Source: Podarcis muralis
Taxonomy: Eukaryota
Reading direction: 5' to 3'
Assembly (NCBI RefSeq): GCF_964188315.1
Contig: NC_135657.1
Location: 52,824,001 to 52,888,000, forward strand
DNA: 64,000 nt
Both the position numbers and the translations under genes were made by a program. Below the pieces are notes generated by a model that had not been told where the DNA came from, did not search any database, and was given only the letters and a program-made list of their open reading frames with translations. Of the stretch, positions 26,100 to 37,946 are shown piece after piece (within the stretch, counting starts at the first letter, position 1; every line of letters begins with the position of its first letter).

Positions 26100-27050
26100 A
26101 AGGGAGGTGTCGCTCATATCTCTCTTCTGCATCCCCCATTGTCTGCTTCCATTTCTTTATCAAAGCTCTGTGTTCTCAGTTGGGCAACACTTTTATTTTC
26201 TGAAGGAAGCCGCCTTCTAAAAGCTTCTTGACTTGGTTAACCATGCTGGCATCCTCTTGGCCTTGGTGGTGCCTTTCCTGATGTGTGCTATACCAGCTAG
26301 GCTTAGTGTGCTTGTGAACAGCTCCCAAGCTGCCTGGAGAGATTTGACCTTCTTGTGACTTTCAACTTCCTTTTTACCAATCCTTGTGGAAAGTTTCCTC
26401 TTGAAATCAAATGGGATTGCATTGGACTTGCTTGGCAGTTGTCCATTTTTATACGTAGAAATTGAGAGCACTGGTCAGTTTCCAAATGATTTAAGAACAT
26501 ACCTTGCACCAGGTCTTGGGTGACACTTTAAGTCCAGAGTCACTTCACCTGTTTGGTTCCATGACCAACTGTTCTAGGTCACAGTCCTTAGGGTATCTAG
26601 AATCTACCTCGTGACCAGAACATACTAGATTTATGTGAGAGTTGTTGCCCATTAGCACACTACCAACGTTGGGTGCCTGCTTGATTTTACACTCTCTCCA
26701 CCATAATCACCCAAGACAATTTGGTCAGGATGGCAATATTACTTGATATTCTCACCTAAAGTGATTTTGTGAGGGGAGTCTGCCTTGTCTGAGATTTATA
26801 ATTTGTTGTGACCCTATGGCCACCTTGACATACAGTGACACCATTCAGTATGCTCTTCCTTGCTAAATTTGTATTCAGATAATCGTATCCCACTGGTTCG
26901 TCTCCTTCCTGTTTCTGTTACGCACATTGCACACTATGTTCTAATTTACCATTCTATACTCTCAACTCTGCCACCTTGGCTTCTCATATTGGCATACCTG
27001 TAGAAGGCATCTGTCTGGCACATGCATTTTCCCCTATGGCTCTTCAGCTA
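26100..27050 (-). mobile_element. Degenerate CR1 LINE ORF2 fragment (endonuclease/linker region)
   Basis: Minus-strand frames give FDFKRK...AAWELFTSTL...RMPAWL, resembling the CR1 linker, and a GV-x-V segment resembling the APE domain. Many stops; boundaries approximate. Confidence 0.55.
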
Positions 27051-27325
27051 TTATGTTCTACAATCTGCCTTGTTTTGCCCTGTCAGTGGATGGGCTATCA
27101 AGTATATTTTAAAACTCATTAATTCCAAAGTGGATGGTCTCTTGCTGTCTTTCTCCCCAGAGGTCAGTGTAAAAGCTCTACAGCATCAGGGTGAAATTGG
27201 GTTCCTCCAAGTTATTTTTCTGGAGGTTATTCTCTTTTCCTTGGATAGTATTTCCCAAAGAACTCTAGAATGACTCACTAGGATTTCCTCCCTAAAATCT
27301 TGAGGTTGTAAGTTCTATATGGATG

Positions 27326-27441
27326 CATGGATGTAGCCAGGATTTTTGTTAGGGGGGGGGGGCAGAGCCTCAGCTATATATTGTATTGATTTTTATTGAT
27401 GGGGCAGCTGCCCCTCCCTGCTGCCCTTGGCTAGGTCCATG
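27326..27441. mobile_element. 116-bp hAT-type MITE
   Basis: TIR CATGGATGTAGCCAGG / CATGGACCTAGCCAAG; perfect 8-bp TSD TATGGATG (27318-27325 and 27442-27449). Confidence 0.85.
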
Positions 27442-28059
27442 TATGGATGTTCCCACCAGTCCTTTTTCTGGAGGATAAGGGACCCTCTCTCAGACTATCT
27501 TGTGGTTGGACACCTGCCTACTATTTAAAATAGATCAGTAATCCTGTTTGTCATTCTCCATTAGTACATTTAGTTCAAATTCTGCATTTAAAAAACCAGC
27601 CATTAATAAGTTACAAAAGGTAAACCATTGTATTTTCTGCCAGCCAGCGATGAAGAATTGACTGCGACAAGTATTAGAGGTGTTTTTCATGGCGCGTCCT
27701 TATGTAGTTTGTATTCTTATAAGCGATATTATTAGCCGCTGGGTGCTGTGCAAGGAGTAGGAGCCCCTAAAGGGGGGGAGGAGGTGTCCTTAGGGAGAAG
27801 CAGCCCTGGAGGCCACTATGGGACAGGCAAGAGTTCCAGTACAGAGGCGAATTGGGGATAGAAATACTACCACCACCTTGGTTTCTGACACTAACCGAGT
27901 CAGCTCTTGTCAGCTATTTGACAAGAGACTGTGGAGACATGTCAATCGTGAGCAGACCACCTCTCTACGGCCCAAGTACTGGTTTTAAATGTGCAGTAAG
28001 AGAATCCAATTTTTGCATGGAGATGCATTCTGCTTTGGTTTCGCAACATCCAAAGGCAC

Positions 28060-28780
28060 TTTTATGGAAATTCCCGCGCTGCTCCTAATGGAAGAGGCCC
28101 GCCGCAGCGCCGTCGCTCGCAAGCCTGTCCGAAGGAGGCAGGCTCTCCCGGCGGCCCCCTTAGGAGCAAAGGCCAGAGCTGCGCAGCAGACGCAGCCTTG
28201 TCGCGAAGGCCGCTTTATTTCATAGCGCGCCGAGGCCAAGTTGCCCTTGCCTCGCCCGCGTCAACGCCTCGGCCCGCCGCTTCTTCATTATTGGCGGGCG
28301 GAGAGGCGTCTCCCCGCCCCAGGCAGCGGCAGCCGGGAGAGGAGGAGCCGCGCAGGCGTTTCGCGGAACGAGGCCACCAGACGGCGAGGTGAGCGCGGCT
28401 ACTGGGGCGCAGAGCGCGGCCGTGTCCTTTGGCGCTTCTCCTGCTGCTCCTGCTCCAAGCGGCGCCTCCATGATGCTGCTCTGCCGGCTGGTTTCCCCGG
28501 GCGGCTGCAGGTGAGAGTCCGGCGGCGGGGTCGCTCGGAAGCCCTTGAGCTGCCTCTGGCCAAGGGCACGGCGTGGTGGGCCCTCTCGGGGCAAAGGAGA
28601 GGCGGAGCAGCGGGCGGGACAGAAGAGGGAGGTGAACAAGGGAAGGGCGAGACTTGGCGCCCTGGAGTCAGGGGAACGAGGGGGAAGCGGGCCCCATTTC
28701 GAGCCAGGAATCTCATGCAGGAGTTCGCCCGCCAAATGCATAAAAGTGGGAGCCCCATAATATGCGCTTAATGTGGTGCT
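28060..28780 (+). promoter_or_regulatory. SOD2: CpG island / SOD2 promoter
   Basis: GC/CpG-rich block surrounding SOD2 exon 1, with GC boxes (GGGCGG at ~28296, CCGCCC at ~28314). Confidence 0.8.
28470..28510 (+). CDS. SOD2: SOD2 coding exon 1, start of mitochondrial targeting peptide (MMLLCRLVSPGGC)
   Basis: gcctccATG ATG; donor CAG|gtgaga; phase 2 fits exon 2. Resembles the avian MLCRL N-terminus. Either ATG may be the start. Confidence 0.85.
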
Positions 28781-29218
28781 TGGTTGGCCTATTATTGCAC
28801 GAGGACTCGGGCAAAGCTCCCTTTCCAGCCGTGGAGGCCACAGGGCTGCTTGCTTTGGGCAAGTTGCGCACACTCGGCCTACCTCAGGGGGTTGTTGTGA
28901 AGCTAACATTGAGTGGGGAACTGCAGAATGCTCATAAACTTCTTGGGGGAGTGAAGTCATTTATAGCTGGGATTAGGAAAAAGGGTTTTCCGGTAAATTT
29001 GAACTCGTACACCTTTCGCATTAAGGGCTAAGCGTTTAAGCCCGTTCTGTTTGTCAGCGGCAGCTTGTAATTTAGCTTTGTTAAAGAATATTAAAACGTT
29101 TCCCCCATCTGTTGGGGATGTGACTGCTCTAGGAGTGACTGTGTGACCAAGAAGCTGATTCCCTGTTATTCAGGGTTTTGTACAGCTTGCAGGGTGAGTT
29201 TACATACTCTTAAAAATT

Positions 29219-29676
29219 TTGTTGTTGTTGTTTAGTTGTTTAGTCGTGTCTGACTCTTCGTGACCCCATGGACCAGAGCACGCCAGGCACCTCTGTCCTC
29301 CACTACCTCCCACAGTTTGGTCAAACTCATGCTGGTAACCTCGAAAACACTATCCAACCATCTCGTCCTCTGTCGCCCCCTTCTCCTTGTGCCCTCCATC
29401 TTTCCCAGCATCAGTGTCTTCTCCAGGGAGTCTTCTCTTCTCATGAGGTGGCCAAAGTACTGGAGCCTCAGCTTCACGATCTGTCCTTCCAGTGAGCACT
29501 CAGGGCTGATTTCCTTAAGAATGGATGCGTTTGATCTTCTTGCAGTCCATGGGACTCTCAAGAGTCTTCTCCAGCGCCATAATTCAAAAGCATCAATTCT
29601 TTGGCGATCAGCCTTCTTTATGGTCCAGCTCTCACTTCCATACATCACTACTGGGGAAACCATGGCTTTAACTATA
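29219..29676 (-). mobile_element. RTE/Bov-B LINE 3' fragment
   Basis: ORF 29663-29232 encodes VMYGSESWTIKKADRQRIDAFELW...[25 protein letters not shown]...RWLD, typical of the RTE C-terminus; (CAA)n tail. Confidence 0.92.
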
Positions 29677-29689
29677 TGTTTTATTAGTT

Positions 29690-30150
29690 TTTATTATATC
29701 AAACATCTTACAACAGCAATCATTAAGAAAAAATAATAATTAAAATCAACTGTATCATTTTACATACTGTTTATAGAATCAATACAATAGTGAAATATGG
29801 GATTTCTACAATCCCTTGACTTCCCTCTCCCCTCTCCATAGTTCCATTATTTCATTGTTAATTCATGCATGTCCTAGTCATATTTCCCTCCATTTGTATC
29901 TTTTTTTATCTATTATTATAATATTGCAGATGTTTTTTAGAATCCTGCTGATGTATCAACGTGTATACAGTGCTTTGACATATATACAATATAAATTTCC
30001 CATTCATTTTTAAATTTGTTACTGTCCTCATTTCTGAGTCTGCCTGTTAATTTGGCCATCTCTGCATATTCCATTAACTTAATTTCCCAATCTTTTTTTG
30101 TGGGGAGTTTACATACTCTTGTTCTTCTGTAATTAATTTATGTATAAATG
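29690..30150 (-). mobile_element. L1/Tx1-type LINE 3' fragment
   Basis: Minus frame PTKKDWEIKLMEYAEMAKLTGRLRNEDSNKFKNEWEIYIVY resembles the L1 ORF2 C-terminus, followed by an AT-rich UTR. Confidence 0.65.
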
Positions 30151-30441
30151 CAGCCTTATCTGGTGAAAGGGCAATGCAGTTAGTATCTCCAGTTAGAGAT
30201 ACTGTACTGAAGAGGTTAAAAAGAGTTGCGCCACAAGACAAACAAGTGAAGTGAGTTTTAAATACAGTATGATCCCAGTGATACTTTATGCTGAAGGGGT
30301 AAGCTGTTAAGTAGAAATTCTTGTGTTCTCTCTAGAAGAACTATGTGACCTACTTAGCCAGATTCTCTTGTCAACACAGCGGTGTTACTGATGAAATGTT
30401 TCTGCAAGTGTTGCTCCTACTTGGCTGTTCACTGCCCACCT

Positions 30442-30442
<1 letters not shown>

Positions 30443-30480
<38 letters not shown>
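30443..30480. repeat. (GT)19 microsatellite
   Basis: Direct read. Confidence 0.95.
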
Positions 30481-30481
<1 letters not shown>

Positions 30482-30969
30482 ACCCCCCCCCCCCTTTAAA
30501 GATTTCAGTTCAGGCATTTACATGCATTTAACTTGTGCACATTCAGCCTTTATGCACTTGGCAAAAACAGTAAAAATAAAAAGGGGGTGGGTGCCTGGGG
30601 GGGGGAGGGTTGGCAATCCATTGCACCATTGCTTGCTCATTTTCTCTCTGTTTCAGTCTCCACCCCAAATGTATTTCAGCAATTTGCCATTGATGCTTCT
30701 ATTTGGTGTTCCTCAATGTTAGAATAACAGAAGTTGTAATTAACAGCCAGTGCGTTCAAGGATATTGGGATTGTGATGTCTGCGTGTGGGTTACTTAAGT
30801 TCAAGGCCCTTTCAGCCTCGGTTTAGTTAAGTGGGGCTAGTGGTAATGAAGATAGCTGTGAGGATAAGTTAACATTTTAAAAGAAGAAATTATGAAGCAT
30901 TTGGCTGGTCAAATAATACAGCAAAATAAGAATCCTACAATATTTTTTTTTTGTTTCCTTCTCTTCCAG

Positions 30970-31172
30970 AAATAGCAGTAAACTGATTGCACCTCTTGGG
31001 TGTCTGGCATCTAGACAAAAGCATACTCTTCCTGACCTCCCTTATGATTATGGGGCCCTGCAACCTCACATAAGTGCAGAAATTATGCAACTTCACCACA
31101 GTAAACACCATGCTGCGTATGTAAATAATCTGAATGTTGCTGAAGAAAAATACAAAGAGGCCTTGGCAAAAG
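30970..31172 (+). CDS. SOD2: SOD2 coding exon 2 ([68 protein letters not shown])
   Basis: ttccag|A ... G|gtatgg; 203 nt; [11 protein letters not shown] and HHSKHH MnSOD motifs. Confidence 0.98.
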
Positions 31173-31248
31173 GTATGGGTAACTGTATATCTGTGTTACA
31201 TGTCTGTCAGTGTGTGCCCACATGTTGGCTCTTGTGCTAAAGTTAGTA

Positions 31249-31459
31249 CGGTGGTACCTCGGCTTTAGGTTACAGACTCCACTAACCCAGAATTAGTACC
31301 TCGGTTTAAGAACTTTATCTCAGGATGAGAACAGAAATCGTGCTCCGGTGGCAGCAGCGGGAGGCCCCATTAGCTAAAGTGGTACCTCAGGTTAAGAACA
31401 GTTTCAGGTTAAGAATGGACTTCCAGAACGAATTAAGTTCTTAAGCCGAGGTACCACTG
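31249..31459. mobile_element. Mariner/Tigger-like MITE (CAGTGGTACCTC TIR family)
   Basis: CGGTGGTACCTCGG ... CCGAGGTACCACTG, TA on both sides. Reverse orientation relative to the 54569 and 55703 copies. Confidence 0.88.
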
Positions 31460-31649
31460 TACTTATTTGAGACACAGGCCAAGTTTTCATAAAGTGGCCA
31501 GCAGCAGTGCAGGGGGGCTATAGTTTACACCTTAAGCTCCAGAAAACATTTCAGACGCCTGCCGTAGGATCTCAGAATTAATAGTTATGAGATTTGAAGC
31601 TTTGTAACTAGAAAGATGTCTGTACTAAAACTTATTAGTCATATTTATT

Positions 31650-32013
31650 GGACGCGGGTGGCGCTGTGGGTAAAAGCCTCAGCGCCTAGGGCTTGCCGAT
31701 CGAAAGGTCAGCAGTTCGAATCCCCGCGGCGGGGTGCGCTCCCGTTGCTCGGTCCCAGCGCCTGCCAACCTAGCAGTTCGAAAGCACCCCCAGATGCAAG
31801 TAGATAAATAGGGACCGCTTTCTAGCGGGAAGGTAAACAGCGTTTCCTTGTGCTGCGCTGGTGCTGGCTCGCCAGAGCAGCGATGTCACGCTGGCCACGT
31901 GACCTGGAAGTGTCTCCGGACAGCGCTGGCCCCTGGCCTCTTAAGTGAGATGGGCGCACAACCCCAGAGTCTGTCAAGACTGGCCCGTACGGGCAGGGGT
32001 ACCTTTACCTTTA
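31650..32013 (+). mobile_element. Sauria SINE, full length
   Basis: tRNA-like head with A box (GGTGGCGCTGTGG) and B box (GTTCGAATCC); ~360 bp; (ACCTTT)n tail. Confidence 0.88.
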
Positions 32014-32575
32014 CTATCTATTTTCTGTTGAATTTTAGAGTTAAGGCTGAATTGCATTGTTCTTTGTGGCTGAAACTATGGTGTATCTAAAGCAACGTTT
32101 ATACCTTGCAGTTACATTTAAAATGTAATTTCTTATCAAAGGTTGAGATTTTAATGAAATCTCCAGAGTTTTCCATTAATACTAATGTGATTAAATGGGA
32201 AGTCCATGGAACTTTGTGATACTAATTTTAAACTCAAGAGCTATAGGCTGTTTTAAAATGTGGTGCATTTCTGCTGAGTCCAGTTAGTATTTCAGAGCCT
32301 TATAAGGAGGCTTAAGGCTGGGAAATGATAAAGAAATATATAAGGTTAGAAATAATGGTTTTTCTTCCAAACTGCTGTAGTGTCACATTCTCACACTAAA
32401 ACACCTATGATACAAGGGGAAGCTGCTGAGAGGCAAACGCTGAAGAATTGCAACACATGTTGACTTGCTGTATATGTGGCTGTCTGAATGAGTTCAGCAA
32501 TGTAATAGGTTGCTTTGAAAGGCAGTAGAATGGAGCTGTACATTTGAGATTATTTGTTGTGTTCAGATTTGAATA

Positions 32576-32769
32576 CAGTGGTACCTCCGGTTGCTCACGG
32601 GATCCGTTCTGGAGCAACTGGAGGTGCCTGTTCTGCGCATGCGTGTGGCGCAGTAGAGCACTTCTGCGTGTGCGCACGAGGAAAAACCTGGAAAAATACC
32701 TCCGGGTTTGCCGCGTGCGTAACCCGAAGGATACGCAACCAGAGGTGTACGTATCCAGAGTTACCACTG
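32576..32769. mobile_element. Mariner/Tigger-like MITE (related subfamily)
   Basis: CAGTGGTACCTCCGG ... CCAGAGTTACCACTG, TA flanks. Similar internally to the 25169-25364 copy. Confidence 0.85.
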
Positions 32770-34915
32770 TATCTTGTCCCTCTGCAATGCCCATGCGGTT
32801 TCAATAGAGCTGTAAACTGTTGGATGTCAAGTTACATTGGTTGCAATCCTGTACCTATTTACTTGAGAGTAAAGCTGATTGAAATCACTGGGATTTACTT
32901 CTGTGGAATTATATATAGGATTGCACTGTTCAATACATTTTCAAAACAACATTGTGGAGTATTCAAGAAGGCAATTCAAGTTTTTATTTTTTTCTACAGT
33001 GTATATATACGACTAAAGGGCTCTACACAGTTTTTCTCTGTAATTTTCCTCGCAAGCTTTACAGAGAAAGAACGGAGGAAAATAACTGTTGCTATGAGAG
33101 TTAATGATTGAGCAGAGACAGGAATGCCTTTTGGCTGGTGGCTTCAAGATAAGCAAATGGGCCGTTCACTCCCTTTCTTTTTAGGCTGTATCCAAGAGCA
33201 CTTTCTGAGTGCTGTCAATAGATACCTAGTCCAACATACAAGAATATTCTACTCAAACTACATGAAGCAGAAAATCTACACTCAGTGGGTGCAAAGCAAA
33301 TGTTGTTTAAAGTTACACTGAATCTCAGTTTGTGTTGAGTTGCACAACAGCTCTCCTATCAGAGGAGCATTCTGTTGCAATGTAATGCAGGAAGGCTCTT
33401 TTGAAAAATCAAATGAAACAGTTGTCAGTTTCCAGAATCTTAAACTCTGAATTTTAAAAAAGAGGAAACCTAAACTTGATAAAGTACACACACATTTTTG
33501 TTGTGTAAATATTAGTTCAAAAATATGTCCAATATACTTCAGTGCAAAAAGCAGTATTAAAACCATCTCTGAAGTGCCCCCATCTTCCAATATAAGACAG
33601 GTGACAACAAGGAATAGGACCTTACTCAGGGTGCCTTGCCTTTGGGGTGTGTATTTTTTAAAGAAGCTGAAAACTTTTTTTCTGGCTGCTGTTAACATGA
33701 TTTGATTGGGATTTCTTGCTAATTTAAAAGTGTTTTAAAGTTTATTACTTTAGATTTTAAATTAGCTGCTAGGATGGAGTATAAGTATTTTAAACAAGTA
33801 TTTGTAACTTTAGCGGTTCAGATTTACTTGTGGATTATATATTAATCAGACACATGCCTGTATGTTAGCTGCCCTAGCTCTAGTGAGCCTAAATGTGGCC
33901 TGGCTAATTGTAGTGAGCCTGTCTGTAGGCTTTTTATCTATGCTTCTCAGTGCAGTAAAGCCAGCACAACTTCTGCCCCTGAAGATCCAGTCTTCTTCAG
34001 TGAGCTTTTTGCCCTCCGTCACTATTCTCTGCATGCACACTTTACTTAATCTAACATTCAAGAAAAGGACTGGGAATGTCAAGCACTAGTTTAGCTGCAT
34101 CCTTGCTTGTTTCCCTGGCTTGGGAAATTTCTGAGGCTTATTTCCCCCCCCCCCCCCCTTGTTCAACACTCCTGCATGCTGCTGCTGACTTCTCCTCTAT
34201 CCTGGCTTCATGGCACAGAAGGAACTATACCAGCAGCAGTTGCCAGGAATTATGGAATTGTAGAGTTATTTGTTAGGACTGTGCTTGAGGGGTAGGCAGA
34301 TGAAAGAGGGTGTCCCTTGTGTCTGCTTTCATACTGCCTAGAAGTACTCTCATTCTTATTTTAAACTCTTCTGCCCCTTTCTCACAGCTGGGACAGGGAA
34401 GCGGTAGCTGTAGTCCCTTGGAGCTAGTCTGATGTCCCTGGCTCAGCAGCACTGGAGGGATCCAAGCAAGACTTGGGGACAGGAGTTGTAGCTTTTGCAG
34501 AAGCTCCAGAGCACAGAAAGTACAAATTTCTCAACTCGTTTGGAAGGGAGCATAATGATGCAGCATAGTTGGACTTGAGGATCGCCTGCAGCATATACAT
34601 TCTGTTGGGAAGCACATGTCACAGTTTGCCTGAATTAAGGAGTATTTTTAAGTATTGTTCCCCAGCCTATGGGAGTAGGTGTAGAAATTTGGACTCAGCA
34701 GTTTTATGTAAGGAATTCAAGGGTCAGTGCTGCCATTCCTCACATCTTTATTGTAATATGAACTCATTTAAGGGGACATGCTAAAGAAGGAAATAAATTG
34801 GGCTGGAGGAAGAAGCATTTTTAGTATTGCCATATCCTCCTTTAAAAAGGGAGAAACTGCCTGAGAGTCCCCAGGCAAATGAATGGAGATGGACCTGCTC
34901 TCTTGATTTGTCTGT

Positions 34916-35163
34916 CAGGGATCAGCAAACTTTTTCAGCAGGGGGCTGGTCCACTGTCCCTCAGCCCTTGGGGGGGGGGGCTATATTTTTTTGGGGGGGA
35001 TGAAATAATTCCTATGCCCCGCAAATAACCCAGAGATGCATTTTAAATAAAAGGACACATTCTACTCATGTAAAAACATGCTGATTCCCGGACCATCTGC
35101 GGGCCAGATTTAGAAGGCGATTGGGCCAGATCTGGGCCCTGGGCCTTAGTTTGCCGACCCATG
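34916..35163. mobile_element. hAT-derived non-autonomous element
   Basis: CAGGGATCAGCAAACT ... AGTTTGCCGACCCATG. Near-identical reverse-complement copy at 61086-61336. Confidence 0.82.
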
Positions 35164-35769
35164 GTCTATGTGTTCCAAGAGACTTTGAGGAATGGCTGGT
35201 GGCAACTGAATAGTGGCAGACTATGCAGCCAAGCCAAAATTTTGGGACCCTTGCTTAAGGTGTGTGTGTGTGTGTGTATATATATACACACACACATTCA
35301 CACTCACAAAATATGTATAAAGGTTGTGGATTTATATAGACTAGTGTATATGTTAAGGCACAACTCTTAAAATATCCAGAGTTATGGTAGGCAGAATTCT
35401 GTTCATGTCAGAGGAAGTAGAGGAGGAAGTTCGGTCAATTCCTCTTTCTCCCTGTGACCCCCTGAACAACTGCTCAGGAGAAGTGGAAATTTTCTGAAAC
35501 AGCATGAAAGATAATTGAGAGGGGGGAAGACAGTAGAAGAATCAGTGAAAATTTCCTTCATACACTTCTTTCCTCCATCTGGGAGCTTTTGCTGGAACAG
35601 CCAGTCTTGATCCTAATCCATTATTTGTATTTTTACTTTCTTTTCTAAGCTGCAATTCATTGATTCAAATTAACACTCTTAACTAAGTGGACTCCTCCTG
35701 GGGTAAGGAAAAAATGTTCTCTGCTAAGGCTTACTGGAGATGTTGCACTTAATTCTCTGTTCTTTGCAG

Positions 35770-35886
35770 GTGATGTGACTGCTCAGGTGTCTCTTCAGCC
35801 AGCTCTGAAGTTCAATGGTGGAGGTCACATTAATCACACTATCTTCTGGACAAACCTTTCTCCTAATGGTGGAGGAGAACCAAAAG
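35770..35886 (+). CDS. SOD2: SOD2 coding exon 3 ([39 protein letters not shown])
   Basis: ttgcag|GT ... G|gtttgt; 117 nt; GGHINH ligand motif. Confidence 0.98.
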
Positions 35887-37401
35887 GTTTGTAATCAAAG
35901 CATTTTAATGTTGCACAGGACATTTGAAAAGCCCCACTCGATCAGACCAAATGCTAATGTATCATTTATTATAGCATCTTTAGTCTGTGTTCCAGTGTAG
36001 GTGATAGACAGCGTAAGACAGCAAATAAAGTGTGTAATGCTTATCATGAAGCCAACAATGAAAACATGTTAAATAGCATTCAAGGTCAACAACAGCAGTA
36101 GGAAACATCAGATCGCATTCTCTTCCACTAAAGACCTGGGCAGAAAGCTTGCATCTTGATAACCCTCCCCCCTTTGAAAAGGATACAGAGATGGGGTCAG
36201 GCACACCTCAGATGAAAAGGTATTTCAGAAATTGGGAGTCACCACAGAAAAGGCCTTCTCCCATACTGCTGCCTCACAAATTTTTTTTTTATTGTCCAGC
36301 ATTCTGTCTTAGCAGTGGCTAGCCTAATAACTATGGGAAGCCTCCAAGCAGCATATAATGCCAACGAGGCACTTTATCAAAAGCTTTTTTAAAAGTTTGA
36401 AGCACACAGTGCTTAGTTTGCATGTAACGTTAAGGCAAACCACGGCTTAGTGAGAACATGCAGCTTCCCAGAGAACAGTTTGTGGCTGCTGCTGTGAGCT
36501 ACATTATGGTTTGTTTTAGTGTGTCATCCAAACTAGGCTTGCAGTTTGTCTCCTCCAGATGAACCACAGTCTGTAAAACAATGAACGTAATGCATGAATG
36601 GCTGTGTGTTACTGACGGCACTAAATGTGACATTCGGAAGCAGAACACTTCGAAAAGTGTAATGGTAGGCGTAAGACACCATTTTAGCCTTTTCCAAATG
36701 GCATGGGTGTTTGCACTTTAGCTTGTGGACAGGCTGTTGCCCACATGAGCTTCACACTGTTATCTGCTGTTCCCTTGGTTCTCTGGACAACTATTTAGAT
36801 GTAATACTGGGTCGTGGTGTTAGGTAGTGGTTGTGATCATTATGGATGATAAGATGCTTTTCAAAGGGAAAATCAGAATACATTATGGGGCACAGCTGAT
36901 TAGTCATTGCAGCAGTCAGTGTTCAAACTGAAATGCTGTAGAATTCGGAGACGAGGCAAAGATCCGGGGCTGGTGCTGGTGATTTCTTAACCACAGTTAC
37001 GCGGTTATCAGCAGGCTGTAGGATCACACACTCCCACCAGTCAGCCCTTGCTTTCCTCCCACCCTTCCTGTAGCCACAGGAAGTATTCTAGCATCATCCA
37101 TGTTAACTGGTTATCACTAACTGGAGTTCCCTGTTAAACAGCTTCAGAATGTTTATCAGAGATTGGTTAAGAGGGAGGCATGTTAGGGTTAACTGTTAAT
37201 GCTGGTGCTGAGGTACCGCTTACCTATGGTTGAGACTGGCAAATGAAGGACTGGTGATCCTGCAACCGACTTCCATTCTGTTGATGATTGTAAGATTTAC
37301 ATCTGTACCTATCCTCCTGAATTCATATGAATGATTTTTTGGAACATCAAATGGAAGTGTGCTCTGTGTGTGAATTGTTATTATTGTTTTCATTTATTAA
37401 G

Positions 37402-37581
37402 GGGAGCTAATGGAAGCTATTAAGCGTGATTTTGGCTCCTTTGCGAACTTCAAGGAGAAGTTGACAACTCTTTCAGTTGGAGTCCAAGGCTCAGGATGGG
37501 GATGGCTCGGTTTTAATAAAGAACAGGGTCGACTGCAGGTGACTGCCTGTTCCAATCAGGATCCTCTTCAAGGGACTACAG
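37402..37581 (+). CDS. SOD2: SOD2 coding exon 4 ([21 protein letters not shown]...[10 protein letters not shown])
   Basis: attaag|GG ... G|gtgagt; 180 nt; GSGWGWLG motif. Confidence 0.98.
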
Positions 37582-37800
37582 GTGAGTTTCTCTTGCTGGA
37601 ACTTGTCTACAATTGAAAGTACAATTTTTGCTATGCGGTAGATGAAAGCAGACCCCAGCAGTTCTGCTCACCAGGGCAAAGAAAGAAGGACTCCCTGCTT
37701 TCACTTGCATTTCAGATTGGATAAGAAACCTACTTGTTTCCTCTTATCAAAACCTACTTGTGAGCAGGAAATAAAAATAAATATTTCTCTTCTTTTCTAG

Positions 37801-37946
37801 GTCTTGTTCCCCTTCTAGGAATTGATGTATGGGAGCATGCATATTATCTCCAGTATAAAAATGTTAGACCTGACTATCTCAAAGCTATTTGGAACGTGAT
37901 AAACTGGGAAAACGTATCTTCGAGATATGCAGCTTGCAAAAAGTAG
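37801..37946 (+). CDS. SOD2: SOD2 coding exon 5 ([48 protein letters not shown])
   Basis: ttctag|GT; DVWEHAYY signature; TAG at 37944-37946. Total CDS 687 nt = 228 aa + stop. Confidence 0.98.

Noticed and set aside
28220-29031. 246-aa minus ORF and other long ORFs
   Set aside because: Artefacts of the SOD2 CpG island.
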